Origin: a virus
Virus record (IMG/VR): IMGVR_UViG_3300032313_000664
Coordinates: 25,839 to 89,838 of that record
Reading direction: 5' to 3' (one strand)
DNA: 64,000 bases
Part shown: positions 56,803 to 64,000 of the stretch, one piece after another
Layout: every line of letters starts with the position of its first letter
How positions within the stretch are numbered: the first letter of the stretch is position 1
The notes under the pieces: generated by a model
Seen by the model: the letters and a program-made list of their open reading frames with translations, nothing else
The model's database searches: none
Told to the model about the DNA's origin: nothing
Program-made: the position numbers and the translations under genes

Positions 56803-57350
56803 GTAAAGATGTGTGGCTAAATGCCAATCAAGAAACAGCAGGAGATCTTATCCTTACAGGTTATCATGGCCTCCTAAGAGATATGCCTGTTTACGATGAG
56901 GTAAGATCATTATTCGGACACGGATCAACAGCCCTAGACTTTGGGTGCGGAGTAGGAAGAAACTCTGTAGCCCTATCTGACACATATAATAAAGTTATTT
57001 CTTTTGATTTGCCCAGCATGATTGGCCTAGTCCCAGAAGATAACAAGCTAAGCAATATAACATATACAACCGACTGGGAGTATGTAAAATCTTTTAAGTT
57101 TGATACTGTATTAGCAAGCCTTGTGTTTCAGCATATAGAAGATTCAGAATTGAATTCATATTTAACCGACCTGTCTCAAATAGCGGACAGATTAGTTCTT
57201 CACAGCAGAACCTGGATTGATCATTCAGCTTCACAGGTATTGCCAATTGTAGAGAAATACTTTATAATTGATACTATTGAGTATTCAAGAGATCCCAATA
57301 ATCCTATTGAGGATCATTTTATTGCAACATTAAACAAGAGGGCGGAATAA
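56799..57350 (+). CDS. Class I SAM-dependent methyltransferase
   Basis: ALDFGCGVGRN, FDTVLASLVFQH. Confidence 0.85.
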   Translation: MSKDVWLNANQETAGDLILTGYHGLLRDMPVYDEVRSLFGHGSTALDFGCGVGRNSVALSDTYNKVISFDLPSMIGLVPEDNKLSNITYTTDWEYVKSFKFDTVLASLVFQHIEDSELNSYLTDLSQIADRLVLHSRTWIDHSASQVLPIVEKYFIIDTIEYSRDPNNPIEDHFIATLNKRAE

Positions 57351-57679
57351 TGTTAAAACCAGTATATGAAGATGTATCTCAGTTTCATTGTAATGATTTG
57401 TATTTAAGATCAGTAGGTGCTCCAGCAGGCAATAAGATCTGGGAAACATGCCATGAAATTGCACACATGTTAATTGAAAAGAATATATCATATGGCAACT
57501 CGGCTTTAGAACCTGCAAGAATATTTTCAACGGCGGACTCAACAGAACAATTAAAGGTCCGTATTGATGATAAGTTAAACAGAGTAAAGAACAATCAAGG
57601 CTTTGCAGGAGATAATGATATTGATGATTTGATTGGCTATTTAGTATTATATAAGATTGCAAAGGCTAATTCTAATTGA
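57350..57679 (+). CDS. DUF1599/nucleotide-modification-associated helical protein
   Basis: KNISYGNS..RIDDKLNR..DLIGY. Confidence 0.65.
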   Translation: MLKPVYEDVSQFHCNDLYLRSVGAPAGNKIWETCHEIAHMLIEKNISYGNSALEPARIFSTADSTEQLKVRIDDKLNRVKNNQGFAGDNDIDDLIGYLVLYKIAKANSN

Positions 57680-57704
57680 CATTTTAGTCAACTGAAAGTA
57701 TAAT
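57676..57704 (+). promoter_or_regulatory. Consensus promoter for terminase genes (likely leaderless)
   Basis: TTGACA-17-TATAAT ending 6 nt before ATG 57711; inverted repeat TTGAC-N6-GTCAA over the -35. Confidence 0.7.
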
Positions 57705-57710
57705 AGGTTA

Positions 57711-58247
57711 ATGAGCGAAATAGAATTAGCCCAACATTTTGACAGAATGAACAGGGTTGTAGAAGAACTTCTCAAAGGCAACACGCCAACACAGATTGCT
57801 ACCCTAACGGGATTTCAAAGAAAAGAAGTCCTTGAGTTTATTGACGAGTGGAAGACTGTAGTCCATAGCGATAGCGGAATCAGAGACAGAGCAAGAGAAG
57901 CCATCTCAGGGGCAGACCAGCACTATGCAATGCTTATCAAAGAAGCCTGGAAAACAGTTGAAGACGCAGATCAGGCGGGACAGCTGGCGGTTAAGTCAGG
58001 TGCACTAAAACTAATTGCAGACATAGAGACAAAGCGAATAGCAATGTTGCAGTCTGTTGGCGTACTTGAAAATAATGAAATTGCATCTCAAATTGTTGAG
58101 ACAGAACGTAAGCAAGAAGTACTAATAAGAATATTAAAAGAAGTTACAGCACCATGCCCTAAATGCAAAATGGAAGTTGCAAAAAGATTATCTCAAATTA
58201 CTGGAGTAATCGAATCCGTCCCAGTAGAGGAAGCAGATGTCGTTTGA
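57711..58247 (+). CDS. Probable terminase small subunit
   Basis: N-terminal HTH (LLKGNTPTQIATLTG); directly upstream of the large subunit. Confidence 0.6.
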   Translation: MSEIELAQHFDRMNRVVEELLKGNTPTQIATLTGFQRKEVLEFIDEWKTVVHSDSGIRDRAREAISGADQHYAMLIKEAWKTVEDADQAGQLAVKSGALKLIADIETKRIAMLQSVGVLENNEIASQIVETERKQEVLIRILKEVTAPCPKCKMEVAKRLSQITGVIESVPVEEADVV

Positions 58248-60039
58248 TTATGCCGACCTTATTGATATGCTTGACGGCGAAGAGTTTGACGAAAAGCCAG
58301 TCGATCTAAAAACATTTGCTACCCATCCAGAGTACCTAGGACTTCCACCTCTTTCAGAGTACCAGTATACATTAATTGAAAAAAGTTCTCAGATATATAA
58401 AGAGTCAACTCTAATTAAATTGTTTGGCGAAGAAGAAGGAAAGATAAGGTTTAAGCAAACTGCTAATGAAGTTGTTGCTCAGCTAGGTAAGGGAAGCGGA
58501 AAAGATTACTGCTCAACTATTGCTGTATCATATATAGTTTATTTGTTGTTGTGTTTAAAAGACCCAGCAACATATTATGGTAAGCCTCCAGGAGATAGCA
58601 TTGATATTATTAATATTGCTATTAACTCACAACAAGCAAGCAACGTTTTCTTTAAAGGATTTAAAACACGCATTGAAAAGTCTCCGTGGTTTGCGGGCAA
58701 GTACAGCGACAAGGCTGCTGAAATTAAATTTGATAAAGCAATAACAGTACATTCTGGTCACTCTGAGCGTGAAGCTTGGGAAGGGTATAACGTTATTGTT
58801 GTTATTCTTGATGAGATTTCAGGCTTTGCAATTGAAAATACTACGGGTCATGATCAGGCTAAGACTGGTGGCGCTATATATGATATGTATAGAGCATCAG
58901 TAGATTCTCGTTTTCCTGATTTTGGTAAAGTTATTTTGCTTTCCTTCCCAAGATATAAGAATGATTATATACAGCAAAGATACGATGCTGTTGTGGCTCA
59001 GAAGGAAACTATAGTTAGAGAACATAAATTTAAAATGGATACAGATCTTCCAGATGGTACAGAGGGAAATGAATTTGAAGTACAATGGGAAGAAGACCAC
59101 ATCTTATCTTACAAGATACCAAAGGTGTATGCTCTAAAACGCCCCACATGGGAAGTTAATCCAGTAAGAACCATTGATGATTTTAAAGTTGCATTTTTTA
59201 CAAACCCAACAGATGCTCTTTCTAGATTTGCATGCATGCCGCCAGAAGCAGTCGACGCATTCTTTAAGTCAAGAGAAAAAGTTGAAAAGGCGTTTAATAA
59301 AGGCCACTTAGCAGTAGACACATTTGGAAGACTAGAAGAATGGTTTATACCAGATCCAGATAAAAAATATTTCTTGCACGTAGACTTAGCTCAAAAGCAT
59401 GACCATTGTGCAGTTGCAATGGGGCATGTAAATAGATGGGTTAATGTTAAAGTAACCGACACATACTCTCAACCAGCACCGATTGTTGAGATAGACGCAG
59501 TAAGATACTGGACACCAACAGCAGATAAGTCTGTTGATTTTACAGAAGTTAAAGATTATATTTTATCACTTAGAACAAGAGGCTTTAACATAAGCGTTTG
59601 TACCTTTGACAGATGGAATTCTCATGATATGATGCAACAACTAAAACAATACGGCATCAATACAGAAATTCTATCTGTCGCTAAAAAACATTACGATGAC
59701 ATGGCGATGGTTGTGCTAGAAGAAAGACTGACTGGCCCACACATTCAATTATTAATTGATGAACTACTTCAGTTAAGAATTATGAGGGACAAAGTTGATC
59801 ACCCTAGAAAGGGATCAAAAGACTTGGCGGATGCTGTATGCGGTGCTATTTATAATGCTATAAGTAGAACTAGATTTGACTCTAATCAAGAAGTAAACGT
59901 TCACACATATGAATCAATGACTTTTGATAATGATTTTGGTGTAGAGCCTGACGGAGAAACGTCTACATTTAATATGATAAGGGCACCACGTATGCCAGAA
60001 AACTTAAAAGACGCAATGGACAGGATGATGATAATATGA
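58237..60039 (+). CDS. terL: Terminase large subunit
   Basis: GKGSGKD, VVILDE, nuclease motifs HVDLA, FDRW, DHP..SKDLADA. Confidence 0.9.
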   Translation: MSFDYADLIDMLDGEEFDEKPVDLKTFATHPEYLGLPPLSEYQYTLIEKSSQIYKESTLIKLFGEEEGKIRFKQTANEVVAQLGKGSGKDYCSTIAVSYIVYLLLCLKDPATYYGKPPGDSIDIINIAINSQQASNVFFKGFKTRIEKSPWFAGKYSDKAAEIKFDKAITVHSGHSEREAWEGYNVIVVILDEISGFAIENTTGHDQAKTGGAIYDMYRASVDSRFPDFGKVILLSFPRYKNDYIQQRYDAVVAQKETIVREHKFKMDTDLPDGTEGNEFEVQWEEDHILSYKIPKVYALKRPTWEVNPVRTIDDFKVAFFTNPTDALSRFACMPPEAVDAFFKSREKVEKAFNKGHLAVDTFGRLEEWFIPDPDKKYFLHVDLAQKHDHCAVAMGHVNRWVNVKVTDTYSQPAPIVEIDAVRYWTPTADKSVDFTEVKDYILSLRTRGFNISVCTFDRWNSHDMMQQLKQYGINTEILSVAKKHYDDMAMVVLEERLTGPHIQLLIDELLQLRIMRDKVDHPRKGSKDLADAVCGAIYNAISRTRFDSNQEVNVHTYESMTFDNDFGVEPDGETSTFNMIRAPRMPENLKDAMDRMMII

Positions 60040-60284
60040 GTACGTATCAAGAAAAAGCAAAAGAATGTAAGTGTTGCGGAAAGCATGTTCCGCTTCCTAC
60101 TGTATTAAAAGAATATAATGAAATAGTTTTATGTCCAACAACATTTTCTAATGTAGTTGAATATAAAAGAATATGGATAGCCTCTGGGAAAAGACCAATG
60201 GGAAATATTCGTAAACATTTTTCAGAATATGTACAGCAAATAGTTGAAGCAACTATTGACAAAAATGAAGACGGCACGTTATAA
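60036..60284 (+). CDS. Hypothetical protein
   Basis: CKCCG..LCPT; 82 aa. Confidence 0.6.
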   Translation: MSTYQEKAKECKCCGKHVPLPTVLKEYNEIVLCPTTFSNVVEYKRIWIASGKRPMGNIRKHFSEYVQQIVEATIDKNEDGTL

Positions 60285-60285
60285 T
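60256..60285 (+). promoter_or_regulatory. Promoter for tRNA cluster
   Basis: TTGACA-18-TATAAT, 10 nt upstream of the first tRNA. Confidence 0.65.
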
Positions 60286-60295
60286 AGACTTCTAA

Positions 60296-60369
60296 GCAAC
60301 AATAGCTTAGTTGGTTAAAGCCCCGAACTCATAATTCGGTAATCGTAGGTTCAAGTCCTACTTGTTGCA
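60296..60369 (+). tRNA. tRNA with CAT anticodon (elongator Met or Ile2)
   Basis: Cloverleaf: GCAACAA/TTGTTGC acceptor, CCGAA-CTCATAA-TTCGG anticodon arm, TTCAAGT T-loop; lacks initiator features. Confidence 0.9.
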
Positions 60370-60381
60370 CGAAAGGTTAAT

Positions 60382-60690
60382 ATGGATAACGAAGATAAAA
60401 TGGAATACTATCTTTCAATAGGTGCCATAGAGTTATCTGGAATGGACGAGGATGGCGAATTCATATTTAACATAACAGACAGAGCAAAAAAGCTTGCACC
60501 AGAACTTTGGCGGGCACACGAAGAGCATGTTAATGAGTCATTAGTTTCTCTATATAATAAAGGATTAATTAATGTAACATACAATGATAATCTTGAAGCA
60601 ATAATTGAGATGTCTGATGAGGGAAAAAAAGTAGCAAAAGAGATGGGCTTAGTTGAAATGGATATGGACATAGATATTCCAAATGATTAA
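60382..60690 (+). CDS. Acidic hypothetical protein
   Basis: 102 aa between tRNAs; AAAGGT RBS. Confidence 0.7.
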   Translation: MDNEDKMEYYLSIGAIELSGMDEDGEFIFNITDRAKKLAPELWRAHEEHVNESLVSLYNKGLINVTYNDNLEAIIEMSDEGKKVAKEMGLVEMDMDIDIPND

Positions 60691-60695
60691 GACAA

Positions 60696-60768
60696 GCCTT
60701 CGTAGCTCAGGGGATAGAGCGAGACTCTTCTAAGGTCTGCGTCGCAGGTTCGATCCCTGCCGAGGGCA
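60696..60768 (+). tRNA. tRNA-Arg(TCT)
   Basis: GCCTTCG/CGAGGGC acceptor; AGACT-CTTCTAA-GGTCT; TTCGATC T-loop. Confidence 0.92.
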
Positions 60769-60772
60769 CAAT

Positions 60773-60843
60773 GCGGATGTTGCATATTGGTAGTGCCTCT
60801 GCCTTCCAAGCAGAAGGGGTGAGTTCGATTCTCATCATCCGCT
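60773..60843 (+). tRNA. tRNA-Gly(TCC)
   Basis: GCGGATG/CATCCGC acceptor; TCTGC-CTTCCAA-GCAGA; U discriminator. Confidence 0.92.
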
Positions 60844-60847
60844 CTCT

Positions 60848-60918
60848 TTCTCACTCGTCCAACGGCAGGACATCGCCCTTTGGAGGCGAGAATCGTGGTT
60901 CGAATCCATGGTGAGAAG
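60848..60918 (+). tRNA. tRNA-Gln(TTG)
   Basis: TTCTCAC/GTGAGAA acceptor; TCGCC-CTTTGGA-GGCGA; G discriminator. Confidence 0.9.
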
Positions 60919-60971
60919 CTAAAAAAAATGATATACTAATCATAAGCAGTACAAAAACAAGGAGAAATAAA

Positions 60972-61184
60972 ATGAGCGTTTTAAAAAAGATTAAAGATTT
61001 TCTTGGAGTTAAAGAAGATACTTATAACGTAAAGATGGATGAAGTTTTAGCACCAGCAAAGAAAGCACCAGCAAAGAAGGTTGCCAAGAAGGCTCCCGCA
61101 AAGAAAGTAACTAAGAAAGCACCAGCCAAGAAGGTTGCTAAAAAAGCGCCAACTAAGAAGTCTGCAATTAAGAAGCCAATGTAA
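60972..61184 (+). CDS. Histone H1-like Lys/Ala/Pro repeat protein
   Basis: (PAKK/VAKK)n; AAGGAG RBS; TGATATACT promoter at 60929. Confidence 0.75.
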   Translation: MSVLKKIKDFLGVKEDTYNVKMDEVLAPAKKAPAKKVAKKAPAKKVTKKAPAKKVAKKAPTKKSAIKKPM

Positions 61185-61591
61185 TGTACGAATACTACGT
61201 TAAAAAAGTAGAAGCTGTAGTCGACGGGGACACAATTGATGTTCTCATTGACTTAGGTTTTGATATATTGTTTGCATCAAGAGTAAGACTGGCTGGAATT
61301 GATACTCCAGAATCCAGAACAAAGGACCTAGCAGAAAAGAAGCTTGGACTTGAAGCAAAGGAATACCTTAAGTCTAAATTAAAAGACGCCAAGGACGTAA
61401 GAATCAAAACAGAAAAGATGGACTCATCTGAAAAGTATGGAAGAATCCTAGGATGGATTTTTGTTGACGATCAAAAAGTTTCGATTAACGAGCAGATGAT
61501 TACAGATGGACATGCGTGGGGATACCTAGGAGATACCAAAGTTAAAGACTTCCAGGCTTTAGCAAAGGCAAGAGCAAAGTCTGGTAAATAA
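61184..61591 (+). CDS. Thermonuclease (SNase-like)
   Basis: VVDGDTI, RVRLAGIDTPE, KYGRILG. Confidence 0.88.
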   Translation: MYEYYVKKVEAVVDGDTIDVLIDLGFDILFASRVRLAGIDTPESRTKDLAEKKLGLEAKEYLKSKLKDAKDVRIKTEKMDSSEKYGRILGWIFVDDQKVSINEQMITDGHAWGYLGDTKVKDFQALAKARAKSGK

Positions 61592-61601
61592 ATATCAGTT
61601 A

Positions 61602-61665
61602 TGCTATAATTATTTTACATCCGCCTTATGGGGATGCTAAACTAACTCGCTTAAAAGGAGCAAAA
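61602..61665 (+). promoter_or_regulatory. hsp20 promoter and ROSE-like RNA-thermometer leader
   Basis: TGCTATAAT; CATCC..GGATG hairpin; CTCGCT (61646-51) can pair with AGGAG (61656-60). Confidence 0.5.
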
Positions 61666-62085
61666 ATGGTAAATACACTCATGGGATCTATCTTCACAGA
61701 TCCTTTTTTTATTGGCTTTAATCGTGAAATGGAAAGAATGGCACATGTCCATCAGGCTGCAACACGCCAGACATATCCACCATATGATGTTTTAAAGCTA
61801 GACGAAGATACATATCAGGTATCAATTGCAGTAGCAGGATTCACAAAAGATGATATTGATGTTTCAGTAGACAACGGAACACTTATTATTAAGGGTGAAA
61901 TCACAGAGGTTACAGACGGCGAATATCTACATAAAGGTATTGCTGCACGTAAATTCACAAGAACATTTGGGCTTGGCGAATATATGGAGGTAACTGGAGC
62001 TTCAATCGAAGACGGAATGTTAAACATTAATGTAGACAGAATCATTCCAGAAGAAAAGAAGCCAAAGGTCATTAAGATCAAATAG
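61666..62085 (+). CDS. hsp20: Small heat-shock protein Hsp20/IbpA family
   Basis: YPPYDV, AVAGF, YLHKGIAARKFTRTF.L, GML.I, PEEKKP. Confidence 0.92.
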   Translation: MVNTLMGSIFTDPFFIGFNREMERMAHVHQAATRQTYPPYDVLKLDEDTYQVSIAVAGFTKDDIDVSVDNGTLIIKGEITEVTDGEYLHKGIAARKFTRTFGLGEYMEVTGASIEDGMLNINVDRIIPEEKKPKVIKIK

Positions 62086-62154
62086 TCTTTGGTTCGCTAC
62101 CGAAGGAGACCTGAGCAAGTCATGAAAAGGCTCATTTAACTTAAAGGATATGTA

Positions 62155-62343
62155 ATGCCAGTATACGAATACAAGTGCTCATATGATGATGCACACCCAA
62201 CAATGTCAGTACATAGATCTATTGTTGATAATGATCCAGGCTACACATGTGTTGAATGTGAGTCAGAAATGACTAGACACTTTACTCCATTTGGTATACA
62301 GTTTAAAGGTAATGGCTTTTATAAAACAGATAATCCTAAATAG
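62155..62343 (+). CDS. FmdB-family zinc-ribbon protein
   Basis: MPVYEYKC...CVEC...FKGNGFYKTD. Confidence 0.85.
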   Translation: MPVYEYKCSYDDAHPTMSVHRSIVDNDPGYTCVECESEMTRHFTPFGIQFKGNGFYKTDNPK

Positions 62344-62400
62344 TTAAGTGGTATAATTATTAAGTAAGCAAAGATATTGCATTACTTAGGAGATACCTAG

Positions 62401-64000
62401 TTGACTAGAAAGTTACAGTATTTTTTAACCAGCCTTTTTATAATCGGCTGGCTTTTCCTTTTTAGCCCTAACTTTGCTAATGCTAATGAGCCACCAGCCC
62501 CCTCAGAGCAAGTTGTTGTAAGCCCAGCACAGCAAGCGGTCAATACAGCAATCGCAACTGCAACGACAGAAGTTGCACAAGCCGCAGCTGCATCGGATAC
62601 AGCAACAGTAACAATAGCAACTGCGGTCCAAGCAGTAACAGCATCTAATACAGCCGTAGCTGCAGCAAATACTGCGGTTACTGCGGCAACTACTGCAGTA
62701 GCAGAAGTTTCAAATGTATCAACAGTTGTAGAAACTGCAACGGCAGTTGTTCAAGCAATTACTTCAACAGTAGCATCAGTTACACAAGCCGTAGCCGCAA
62801 TACCAGTAACAGCCACAACTCAAACACCAGAGGTTGCTACGGCGCAAGAAGTTGTTACAGTGGCAGCCACAGTTGTTGAATCTGCAACTACATCATTAAC
62901 ACAAGCAGTTGCCACGGCAGCAACTCCAGTAGGATCCCCTGTTCCGTCTGTTACTGTAGAGCAAGTTTCTACAGCAATTGCAACAGAGGTTGCTCAATCA
63001 GAAACAGCAACAGTTTTAGTTCAATCAGCACAGACAGCAATAGATACGGCTACTACAACAGTTGCTACAGCAACTACGGCAGTAGCAGCAGTAACACCTG
63101 CACGGACAGAGGCTCAAACACAATTAACTCAAGCAAATGTAGCAATTAATAACGCACAGGATGCAGTTAATGCTCTTGCAGCAACTATTGGCACTACAAC
63201 AAATGTTTTAGCAAACACAGATGATGCGGGTGTACGCATGAATCTACCATTTAATTTACAAATGGGCGGGGTAACATATAACAATGTTTATGTTGGATCA
63301 AATGCAACTATTACTTTTGGAGTAAACGAAGGTGGAACTTATCATACTACTCCCAATGCACCTTCTATATCTATAGCAGGATACGACTGGACTACTTGGA
63401 GTAATGGATCTGGAATTACATACTCAACAACTACTAATACACTTAGTGTTGCTTGGGACCTTAGAGTATTTCCACTAACTACCGCCGAGACACAAATGAC
63501 TCAAGTTAGATTTAATGCGGATGTTAATCCTTCAGATGGTGCATGGCAAGCAGACGTTAGCGTAACTGGTCCTATTCCAAATGGGGCTAGGTTTAATGTA
63601 AGAGAGGCTACTGGAGGTACATTAACTCCTATTGTTAATACAAGCACTACAACAGGGTTTACTGGAACAATTAGTCAAGGATCTCCATTTACTCCCACTC
63701 CTGATCCAGACAATGCGACAGTCTTGGCAGCAATTGATACAGCAAATGCACAAATTGCTACATTAAACTCAGCAGTTACAGCTATTGTTGCAACAAATAC
63801 AGCAAATACAAATACAGTTATTGCACCAATTGCAACTGTTTCACAAAATACTGTAACGGCACTAGCAGCAGCAAGCACAACATTAACTGAAAAGGTGGCA
63901 GACCTTGCAATTGTTTCTACAGCCGTAGAAAAAGTAACTACCGCACCTACAATAGTAGCAGCAGCACAAACAGTAATTGATGCAGTTCCTGCACCTGCAC
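62401..64000 (+). CDS. Secreted/surface Ala-Thr-Val-rich protein with NIDO-like domain (partial, runs off the window; not in ORF track)
   Basis: TGGTATAAT at 62349, AGGAG RBS, TTG start; signal peptide MTRKLQYFLTSLFIIGWLFLFSPNFANA; DDAGVRMNLPFNLQMGGVTYNNVYVGSNATITF; no stop before the edge. Confidence 0.75.
   Translation, partial: MTRKLQYFLTSLFIIGWLFLFSPNFANANEPPAPSEQVVVSPAQQAVNTAIATATTEVAQAAAASDTATVTIATAVQAVTASNTAVAAANTAVTAATTAVAEVSNVSTVVETATAVVQAITSTVASVTQAVAAIPVTATTQTPEVATAQEVVTVAATVVESATTSLTQAVATAATPVGSPVPSVTVEQVSTAIATEVAQSETATVLVQSAQTAIDTATTTVATATTAVAAVTPARTEAQTQLTQANVAINNAQDAVNALAATIGTTTNVLANTDDAGVRMNLPFNLQMGGVTYNNVYVGSNATITFGVNEGGTYHTTPNAPSISIAGYDWTTWSNGSGITYSTTTNTLSVAWDLRVFPLTTAETQMTQVRFNADVNPSDGAWQADVSVTGPIPNGARFNVREATGGTLTPIVNTSTTTGFTGTISQGSPFTPTPDPDNATVLAAIDTANAQIATLNSAVTAIVATNTANTNTVIAPIATVSQNTVTALAAASTTLTEKVADLAIVSTAVEKVTTAPTIVAAAQTVIDAVPAPA

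Noticed and set aside
46112-60039. Inteins or introns in DnaB, DnaE, RecA or terminase
   Set aside because: Lengths are normal and continuous; no intein boundary or homing-endonuclease motifs seen
20-63878. Numerous minus-strand and alternate-frame ORFs in the track (e.g. 18692..19408, 17367..17900, 12162..12596, 7178..7552, 42645..43178)
   Set aside because: All overlap well-supported + strand genes, show no recognisable motifs, and are expected shadows of biased or repetitive codon usage

Overview
A 64-kb piece of a large, AT-rich, tailed dsDNA phage genome (siphovirus-type). Every credible gene is on the + strand. Order: (1-16.1 kb) accessory virion-fibre region with fibre/chaperone pairs, a beta-propeller + coiled-coil + U32-methyltransferase + structured leader + DUF401-like transporter cassette, Gly-rich paralogs, a collagen-like fibre, a GT2-TPR glycosyltransferase and LamG proteins; (16.2-44 kb) portal, protease/scaffold, major capsid, neck, tail tube, frameshifted tail chaperone, 2139-aa tape measure and minor tail proteins; (44-57.7 kb) replication/recombination genes (DnaB, DnaG, SSB, DnaE, MazG-like, RecA, Cas4-like, RuvC); (57.7-60 kb) terminase; (60.3-64 kb) four tRNAs, histone-like protein, thermonuclease, Hsp20 and a secreted Ala/Thr-rich protein cut by the window edge. 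Gene order (DnaE/RecA/Cas4/RuvC then terminase, far from portal), apparent leaderless genes and a PASTA domain suggest an actinobacterial host, possibly a low-GC freshwater one (inference). No integrase, CRISPR array, reverse transcriptase or lysis gene was recognised. The strongest candidate for an undescribed system is the 944-5936 cassette. All calls come from reading motifs by eye; no database searches were run.
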